A stretch of DNA of 64,000 nt from positions 62,940 through 126,939 of the forward strand of contig DASXMN010000011.1 of assembly GCA_036495645.1 (NCBI GenBank), read 5' to 3'. This document shows positions 47,101 through 53,600 of the stretch, one piece after another. The notes under the pieces are model-generated. The model searched no databases, was not told where the DNA came from, and saw only the letters and a program-made list of their open reading frames with translations. The stretch is from Candidatus Angelobacter sp. GTDB lineage: Bacteria; Acidobacteriota; Terriglobia; Terriglobales; Acidobacteriaceae. The number at the start of each line of letters is the position of its first letter. Position 1 is the stretch's first letter. Both the position numbers and the translations under genes were made by a program.

Positions 47101-47686
47101 TGTGGTGCAGCGTCAGCGTCAAAACATGCTCCGCTTCTTCCATGCGCACCAACACTCCCCGGAATAAGGGTGCCCGGCTTAAATCAAATGCCTTGCCGGC
47201 CTCCTCCGCTACAACCTTCTTCGCCTGCTCCTCTCGCTCGCGCGGCTCTAACCGCCGCAAATCCATCGCCGGCAACCGCACATCGAGTTTCTCCCCAACA
47301 ACCTTCTGCCTCGGTTTTTCCTGTTCGCCCATGACAAAGCAGGTCCGGAGGATTTCATGCCGGCGCACCACTTCCTGCAGGCTCCGTTCCAGCCGGGGAA
47401 CATCCAGGTCGCCTTTGAGCTTCAAAGTCATAGGCACGTTATAGAAGTCGCTACTGGGCTGGAACTGGTCGAGAAACCAAAGCTGCTCCTGCTGGCAGGA
47501 AAGCGGGAAAAGGGAAGGTCTTGTCCTTGAATCTTCTGATGAAGAAACGGGCAGTTGCTCCTGAGTCGCATCCCGCGGTGTCTGAGCGCTCGGAGCGCCA
47601 AGGCCCTCTTTCTCCAACAAACGCCGCAGCAGTTCCCGTTCTTCTTCCAACCGGTCTTTTTTCGGTACAACTCTTCCCGAAGCCAT
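38159..47686 (-). CDS. non-ribosomal peptide synthetase NRPS2: C-A-T-C-A-T-C-A*-T (third A domain decayed)
   Basis: 3175 aa. It has three closely related C domains (HHSICDEWS, HHIICDDWS, HHIVCDDWS). A1 and A2 have complete core motifs. The third A lacks the A4-A5 region and has mutated A3, A7, A8 and A10 motifs. Its three T domains are all FFDLGGHSLL. Confidence 0.95.
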   Translation of the reverse strand: MASGRVVPKKDRLEEERELLRRLLEKEGLGAPSAQTPRDATQEQLPVSSSEDSRTRPSLFPLSCQQEQLWFLDQFQPSSDFYNVPMTLKLKGDLDVPRLERSLQEVVRRHEILRTCFVMGEQEKPRQKVVGEKLDVRLPAMDLRRLEPREREEQAKKVVAEEAGKAFDLSRAPLFRGVLVRMEEAEHVLTLTLHHSICDEWSLEVLMEELEKLYEAYGRGEESPLPELKMQYGEYALEQREGLRGEKFQQQMEYWKKQLDGMPQVLELPTDHMRQAHQSFRGGIQNRSLGSGLLESLSALGRAEGASLFMTLLAAYQVLLMRYSGQKDFGVGTSIANRSRTNTHELIGFFLNTLVIRANLEGDPTFREVLRQVRQSALSGYDHQDLPFEKLVEELAPDRDISRNPLIQVMFTVRRPTDSKFAGLELSEFGADIRHSKFDFTMIVEESNEPKLALNYSTDLFEAVTIEWMLGHYERLLKAVVENPEQRIWDLAMLAKNETRQLLVEWNLGETQGGQKCVHELFEECAARMGNAVAVEHQGQELTYAELNRRANRLAHYLRTVGVRPDTRVAIGVERGLEMVVGMVAVLKAGGAYVPLDLSYPRERLQFILEDSTPVALLVRSDWPGLLDLAGGIHEGIQVIDVANEDAFRSLPETSLERAETGVDAENLAYVIYTSGSTGEPKGSEIPHRSIAGFIFGIDYVRFDEETVLLQHSSVSWDAFTLELWGALLTGGRSVLAQQRILSAEEIRKYVQGRGVNTLWLTAALLNSIVESDVECLQGVKYLLTGGETASVTHIKRALAEMPGMRVVNGYGPSECTVFSSCYVVPGELPESVISLPIGKPIGDRRMYVLDRAMNVVPIGVVGEAYVAGASVARGYLRRPDLTAERFVPDRYSEEGGGRLYRTGDLVRWRRDGTIEFVGRNDLQVKVRGFRIELGEIEAILQQQSGIRGCAVVAKSGANGSKRLIAYVVGDYEGLRRDLKGKLPAYMVPSVIVGLQELPLTSNGKVDRQALEKLENLGLDDSAQHYEAPRTSIEEELAEIWAAVLEVTRVGRHDNFFDLGGHSLLAVAMVSRFRDTFGIDVQVHTIFESPTIADLAEVIERSLQSRSDKGVARKQANSSSRPSLFPLSYQQEQLWFLDRFEPSSDFYNVPLAWRLEGDLDVATLERSLQEVVRRHEILRTCFVMDEHQDLKQKVVGEKVDVRLPVMDLRQLEASEREEQAKKIIAEEGSKAFDLTQAPLLRGLLVRMGEREHVLGLTLHHIICDDWSLRILMSELGKLYEAYGRGEESPLPELGMQYGEYALEQREGLRGGGLEQQMEYWKGQLEGMPQVLELPTDHVRPARQSFRGGIEQRSLSSDLLEGVNAVGKGERASLFMTLLAVCQVLLMRYSGQEDFGIGTVVANRKRIEMEQIIGFFLNTLVIRANLSSGPSFREVLRQVRKAALGGYAHQDVSFEKLVEELAPDRDVSRTPIFQVLFTTLGEPDPLEFGALGLSGFEIDIGMSKFDLVISVQEATQGAAVTINYATDLFEAETIQRMLGHYEQLLKAVVENPEQRVWNLPLLTEPEREQLERWNQTARDYPRDKTIGRLFEEHAAKTPNVVAVEYEGQKFKYGDLNRQANRLAHYLRALGVKPDTLVAVCVDRSLEMIVGLLAVMKAGGAYVPMDPAYPEERLRFMLEDSRPGVLLTQSHLRGLFTEVREDLKLIDLRGAEPWSNQPDSNPEHTTIGLSAKDLAYVIYTSGSTGLPKGVAMPARAAMNMIMWQMNESAWTGPQRTLQFSALGFDVSFQEIFSTLCAGGTLVLIDEEKRRNATDMTRYVIEKGIQRLFLPYVGLQMFADGVAQIGKEPFACALQEINVAGEQLRINDKIKGLFTRLEHCRLNNHYGPTETHAASAFHLSMERNRWPLLPPIGRPIANAQIYIVDKYEQFVPVGVAGELYIGGAGVARGYLNRPDLTEKRFLKNRFANEEGSRMYRSGDLGRWRPDGTIEFIGRNDSQVKIRGYRVELGEIEAMLQQQSGIRGCAVVAKTGANRSKRLVAYVVGERDRDELRRDLKGKLPAYMVPSLIVTLHELPLSGNGKVDREALEKFEDLDLGAEHYEAPHTEVEEQLAQIWAEALEITRVGRHDNFFDLGGHSLLATLLATRMENAFGIDVPVRAIFESPTLVELAEVIELGLKLPGRKSGADKGVKPAQRAAASRLSVFPLSYQQEQLWFLDRFNPGNAFYNVPMTWKLKGDLDVPRLERSFQELVRRHEVLRTCFVTDEHEEPSQKVLAEQLDLRLPVVDLRALEAGEREEQAKKVLAEQAGKAFDLGHAPLLRGVLVQTGDREHVVGLTLHHIVCDDWSLGVFMEELGKLYEAYGRGEESPLPELEMQYGEYALEQREGLRGGKFQQQMEYWKRQLAGMPQVLELPTDYVRPARESFRGGTEQGILRSDLLEGLNAVGRTEKASLLMTLLAAFQVLLMRYSGQEDFGVGTVVANRKRKETKGLIGFFLNTLVIRANLGGEPTFREVLRRVREAVLSGYEHQDLAFEKLVEDLAPDREVSRTPVFQVAFTLRRAVAGKSELGGLELVPFALDPGTSKFDLIMGVEEARQSAVIGLNYSRDLFEAETIRQMLQRYERLLEGIVADADQPVWALPMMSELDERVLSSWNEVGLVSRPENNVTEIFDAQAEHRPQESAATFGETQFSYGDLNRRANQVGHYLARMGVAPESMVGIFMPHSQEMMVATMGVLKAGGAYLPLDILNPKDRLRVILESSDVDVLLTLEGLRKRLPQTNAPVVCLDSEWEMIGQHSATNPDVHINPRNLACVIYTGAQEGHAKGLMLEHSALMDLVLECEAADTANQNGHAQENSCPEILSRLTSSSFLVSSSAFLTSFAEGERTRFRPRGNAEIYVLDPHLQRVAIGVPGELWIAGPAAGRGYMGRPSLTAEKFLPNPFTSEMGGRMCGTGERARYRKDGTIELMGRLDDRVEMEGVEIELGEIEAVLANYESVQEAAVVVRPNGELIAYVVVHNGKRLGQNELRSFLDDKLPPYMIPDAFITLQELPQNARGAVDRAALSVLGQEQLTTEFVLPRTELEQTIATAWQTALGVDQVGVHDNFFDLGGHSLLMIQLHQKLRAELSVEIELLHLFQFPTIDSLVRFLHAGYNFEGKSRETRNRAERQKSAVQKLRRIQTP
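38486..39703 (-). other. decayed adenylation domain (A*) of NRPS2 module 3
   Basis: This is aa ~2662-3067, about 405 aa against ~520 in the other A domains. A3 reads VIYTGAQEGHAKG instead of YTSGSTGxPKG. Only ~70 aa separate A3 from IYVLD (nt 38969-39271 is the collapsed core), so the FDxS and NxYGPTE motifs are gone. A7 is CGTGE, A8 is GRLDDRVEMEGVEIELGEIE and A10 is RGAVDR. Confidence 0.8.
44868..46237. repeat. A-core cassette copy in NRPS2 module 1 (partner at 53080-54449)
   Basis: The nucleotide sequence aligns by eye at a constant offset of 8212 nt with few mismatches. The antisense track ORFs 44944-45231 and 45237-45590 are near copies of 53156-53443 and 53449-53802. The copy spans from the C-A linker (EQRIWDLAML) to the A8 motif (VRGFRIELGEIEA). 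Confidence 0.85.
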
Positions 47687-47690
47687 CTCT

Positions 47691-50600
47691 TTAAAAACCC
47701 TTTCTAGAAGTCTTTTCCATCGTCAAACTTTCTTCTCTATGTTCTAGCTTCTCTGCCAGCAAGCGCACAGTGGGATAGGAGAAGAAGTCGACGAGCGCTA
47801 TATCCTTCTGCAGTTTCTCCCGCAGGTTGAAACGTACACGCGCCACCAGCAGCGAATATCCACCAAGATCGAAAAAGTTGTCATCGAGGCCAGCTCGTTC
47901 CACCCCCAGCGCCTCCTGCCATACACTGGCCACCATTTGCTCCAAAGGGGTCCGAGGCGCGACGTACGGATTTCTCGCTCTCCGTTCCGCCTTTCCGGTC
48001 TGGGTTACTCCCCGAATCTTTAACTGCTGTATCTCGCTCGCGCTCAAGATCTCCAGATCGCAGATAGGTTTCTTCAGATCCTGCATCGCCGCTGCCAGCA
48101 ATCGTTCGTAATATCTTGCCATTTGCTCTATGCGCCAGCGATCGAACAAATCCCGGTTGTAGATCCAGACGATGTCCAGTTGTCCATTGCGTTCAATGGC
48201 ATGGACCTCCAAATCAAAGCGCACGGTCCATGCTTCTGTTCCCAACTCCTCAACTTCCAGTCCTTTCAGTTCCTGAGTTCCCGAGGAAGCATTCTGCAGG
48301 GCAAAGACCACCTGGAAGATGGGCGTCCGATTTAAGCTGCGGCGCAATGGCAGGACCTCTACCAGCCGCTCAAACGGAATATGTTGATGCCGGTACGTCT
48401 CCAAGGCCAAATCGCGCACTTCCTCAAGGAGTTCTCCGAAACTGGCATTTGGGTTCACTTCCACTCGCATGACTAGCATGTTCGCGAAGAAACCGATCAG
48501 GCCTTCCAGACGCTCGTCCTGGCGGTTAGCAATGGGCGACCCAACCACGATGTCATCCTGCCCGCTATAGCGATGCATCTGAACAGCAAAAGCCGTGAGC
48601 AAAGTCATATATAAGGTGGAGCGGCCACATCGTTTCAATGCAGCTACTTTTTCCTGAGGCAAAGTTATTCCGCAGGCATCGGCAGCGTAAGTCTGTACCG
48701 GAGGACGTGGCCTGTCCTTGGGAATCTCCAGCTCTTCCGGTATTTCTGCCAGATGTTCTTGCCAGAACCGAAGGTCCTCATCTAGTCCCTCATTTGCATC
48801 CTGCATCTGCCACAAAGCAAAATCCGTGAATTGAAGCAGCAGGTCCGGCAATGGATTCTCGCGGCCCTGCGAGTACGCCTCATATAATTCCCTGAACTCC
48901 CGCATAAATATACCTAGCGACCATCCATCCGATACGATGTGGTGGAATGTTTGCAGGAGAATATGATTTTCTTCCGCCAGCTTAAGCAGCTTGAGTCGTA
49001 GCACAGGGCCATGCGCCAGATCGAATGGTTCACGCCATTCTTGATTCACGGACTCCATTACATGCCTCTGCTGCTCCGCTTCGGAAAGCCGGCTGAGGTC
49101 CTTGATTGGGATTTCAAAAGTAAGGTCGGGCGCAATGATCTGCACCGGCTCTCCCCGCTCTTCTGCGAAGTGTGTACGCAAGCTCTCATGCCGGTCCACA
49201 ATCGTCTGGACGGCGCGGCGTAGCGCATCCACATCCAACCTGCCGCGCAACCGCAGGGCCTCGGGCATGTTGTATTCCGCGCTGCTGCCTTGCAGTTCAT
49301 TGATGAACCATAACCGCCGCTGGGAATACGACAATGGCGCGTGCTCAGCTTTGGGATGGCGTCGCAGCGAGATCTGGGCTTTCCGGGCTCCCCCATCGTC
49401 TTGAAGTTGAGACGCTAATTTAGCGATCGTGGGTGATTCAAACACGCTGCGTAGCGCTACATCTATTCCCAAAGTAGCGCGGATTCGGCTTATCAGCCGG
49501 GTAGCCAGCAACGAGTGTCCGCCTATGGCAAAGAAATCATCATGCACACCCACCCGGTCCCGATTCAACACTTCCGCAAACAGACCACACAATATTTCTT
49601 CCTCGCCATTGCGTGGGCCTGTGTAGCCCCTTCTATCATCCCATTCTCTTTTCGGGGCGGGCAGTGCTTTGCGATCGACCTTTCCGTTTGGCGTCAACGG
49701 CAATTGTTCCATCTCCACAAAAGCAGATGGAACCATGTATTCGGGCAACCGCTCTTTCAGGAACTCCCTGAAAGCCTCCGCCCTCACCGCACCATTCTTG
49801 ATTACGTATGCCACTACTCGTTTTTCCGCGGGTTGATCTTCCCGGACTATTACGGCGCACGCCCTGACTCCCTCATGTGCCTGCAAAACCGCTTCAATCT
49901 CTCCCAGTTCGATACGGTAGCCCCGCACCTTCACCTGCTGATCCAATCGGCCGATGAATTCCAGATTTCCCTTCCGCCCCCATTTCACCTGGTCCCCTGT
50001 TCGATAGATCCGCTCTCCTCCGCGCTCAGAGAAGGGATTGGGAATGAACTTTTCCGCTGTCAAGTCCGGCTGGTTTAGATATCCGCGCGCGACTCCCTGG
50101 CCTCCCAAAAACAATTCGCCGGTCATGCCTATAGGTACGGGTTGATATTCCCTATCCAGAACGTAAGCTTGCGTATTGCTAATGGGCTTTCCTATCGGCA
50201 CTCTTTCATTTGTCTCGCCTTTTTCCAAACATGCATATGTGGAGTAGGTCGTATCCTCCGATGGTCCATACAGATTGAAAACCCGCTTTACCTTTAATTC
50301 TTCGTAGAGCTGTTCCACTGTGTTCGGCGGCAGAGCTTCTCCAGCCAGGTTCACAGTTTGAATCGAGTCGGGTACACCCTTGATTCGCAGCAACTCTGCC
50401 ATCGCTGAGGGTACCGTGTTGAGCAACTTCACTCCGGACTCTTGCTCCATCTCGGCCAGGTTCAACGCATCGCGTACCACGATTGTCTTTCCACCCCAAC
50501 TGAGAGGAGCAAAAATTTCAAATACCGAGAGGTCAAAACAAATGGATGTGGACGCCAGAACTCCGCCCAATTCTTCTGCCGAGAAGACCTCCCGCGCCCA

Positions 50601-53600
50601 TTGCAACAGCGCATTCGCACTACCGTGCTGGACGGCCACGCCTCTTGGCCTGCCCGTGGAGCCCGATGTGTAAATTACATAGACAAGATTTTCCGGATAA
50701 AGTGGAAGCCCAACATCCTTCCCGCTCTCATGCGCTATCTCAACAAGTTCCTTATCAATACAAATCACCTTCGGCGATCCGAGCAACTGCTCCAATAAGC
50801 CGCTCTGGGTCACCAGCACTGCAATGGATGAATCCTCCACCATGAATTTGAGACGTTCCACTGGGTAATGAGGGTCCAGCGCGACATAGGCTCCGCCTGC
50901 CTTGAGAATTCCCAGCAACCCGATCACCATCTCCAGACTGCGCTCCATGCAGAGTCCCACCCGCACTTCCGGCCCCACTCCCAGCTTCCTTAAATAATGT
51001 CCCAGTTGATTTGCTCTCCGGTTCAGCTCGCCATACGTTAACTTCTGTCCCTCAAACTCCACTGCTGGCGCTTCCGCGCTTCTCCCCACCTGATCTTCGA
51101 ACAACTCATGCATGCACTTCGGGGGATAGGGCGCATCCGTCCGGTTCCACTCGTATAAAATCTGATACCGCTCGCTCTTCGGCAACAAGTCCAGACAATC
51201 CACTATCTGTCCGCTCCCGGCGACCATACCTTCCAGAATGCGACGCCAATATCCCATGTAGCGTTCGATCCTTGCTCTCTCATAAAGCGCCGTGGAATAT
51301 TCCACACCACCGGCAATTCGTTCATCCATTTCCCACAATGAAACCGTTAGATCAAACCGCGCTACGCGATGCGTCGCCATCTCCAGTCCCATCGTCTTCA
51401 ACCCAACAAGATCCAACGCGCCTCTGGGAGCGTTTTGCCAGGCAAACATCACCTGAAACAATGGACTGTGGGCCAGGCTGCGTTCCGGCTGCACAATTTC
51501 CACCACCTGCTCAAAGGGAATGTCTTGGTGTTGCTGTGCTCCTAACGATCGGCTCTTCACACGTTCCAGCAGTTCCCCTACACGAGGTCTGTGGGATAAA
51601 TCCGTCCGCAGCACCAGCGTGTTCACAAAAAATCCGATCAGCCCCTCAAGCTCTTCTTGTCCCCGGTTGGCAACCGGCGTCCCAATCAATACGTCCTGCT
51701 GCCCCGATAACCGCCCCAGCAGCACCGCCCACCCCGCGAGAAGGGTCATATATAAGGTGGCGCCATGCTGCTTGCTCAACTCCTTTAGCCCTGTCGTCAA
51801 CTCTTCATCCAGCATCATCTCGTGCCATGCGCCCGCATACTCCTGGTCCGCTGGCCGCACATGGTCCGCAGGTAACTCAAGCAACGCCGGCGCCCCTGCC
51901 AGTGTGGTTTGCCAGTACTCAGCCTGCTGTCTTAGAACTTCCCCCTGCATCCAATGCCGCTGCCACACCGCGTAGTCTGGATATTGCACAGCTAACTCCG
52001 GCAACGGATCGGCTTCCCCGCGTACAAATGCCCGGTACAATACGCTCAATTCGTTGAGCAACACCGCTACTGACCAGCCATCGGAAACGATGTGGTGCAT
52101 GGTAATGAGCAGCGCATATTGATCCTCTCCCTCCCGGATCAGCAGCCCACGAATCAGCGGACCGGCTTCCAGATCAAAACTCGCATGCGCCTCTTCTTCA
52201 AGTAGTTGTCGTAATCCCGATTCCGAATCCACCTGTTGGCACAAATCCTGATCTCGCAAATCATGGTCACGCAATAAAAAATGGCTGTCCTCGACGGCTG
52301 CAATCCGTTGCAGTGCTTCGCCATCCACCACCACGAATGTGGTGCGCAACGCTTCATGACGCTGCACGAGCCGATCCAGAGCCAGGCCCAATGCATGCCG
52401 GTCCAGCTTGCCCACGAGACGTACGCCAAAGGGAATGTGATAGACCTCGCTTACCGCTTTCATCTGCGCCAGGAACCACAACCGCTGCTGTGCGTAAGAA
52501 AGAGGAAGAGGCCGCTTGCGATCAGCTTTCGTGATCGGTGGCAATTGCGTCTGTCTGCCGCCTGAGATCTTGCTGGCTAATTCACTCAGACGGGAATGCT
52601 CGAATACCTCGCCGATTTCAACTTCCAATCCGAGCATTTCCCTCAACCGCCCAATCATGGTTATCGCAAGCAACGAGTGCCCGCCTAATTCAAAAAAGTT
52701 GTCGTTCCGCCCCACCTTTGCTGCTCCAAGCAATTCCCGCCAAATCGCTACCAGCGTGGTCTCAATTTCTCCTTGTGGTTCCTCATATCCATTCGCCGAA
52801 TACGCATTTCCATCCGGGGCTGGTAAGCGCTTCCGGTCCAGCTTCCCGTTGGGCGTCAGCGGCAATGCCTCAAGCCGCACATACGCCGCCGGCACCATGT
52901 ACTCTGGCAGTCTTTGTGCCAGATGGCTGCGCAATTCTTCTGCTCCGAGCTTTCTTCTGCCATCGCTCTGCTGAAGATCACTTGCGCCTTCCGTGTAATA
53001 AGCCACCAGACGCTTGCTCCCAGCCACATCTTCCTGCGCTATTACTACCGCTTCTCTCACTCCCTCATATTCCAACAGCCGCGCTTCAATCTCTCCTAAC
53101 TCAATTCGGAAACCGCGCACCTTGACCTGAAGATCATTTCGTCCTACAAACTCGATTGTCCCATCTCCCCGCCACCGCACCAGGTCTCCCGTCCGGTACA
53201 ATCGCCCTCCACCCTCCTCGCTATACAGGTCCGGTACAAACCGCTCCGCTGTCAAATCCGGTCGCCGCAAATACCCCCGCGCTACACTCGCTCCCGCTAC
53301 ATACGCTTCTCCCACCACTCCTATCGGCGCTACGTTCATCGCCGCATCCAGCACATACATCCGCCGGTCTCCTATCGGCTTCCCGATGGGCAGCGAAATT
53401 AATGTTTCAGGCATTTCCGCCGGCACCACATAGCAACTGCTGAATACCGTGCATTCCGATGGCCCATACCCGTTCACCACCCGCATTCCCGGCAACTCCT
53501 CCATCGCCCGCCGGATGTGCATCACCGACGCCGTCTCTCCCCCGGTCAGCAAATACTTCACCCCTTGCAGACACCCCACATCGCTTTCCACAATCGAGTT

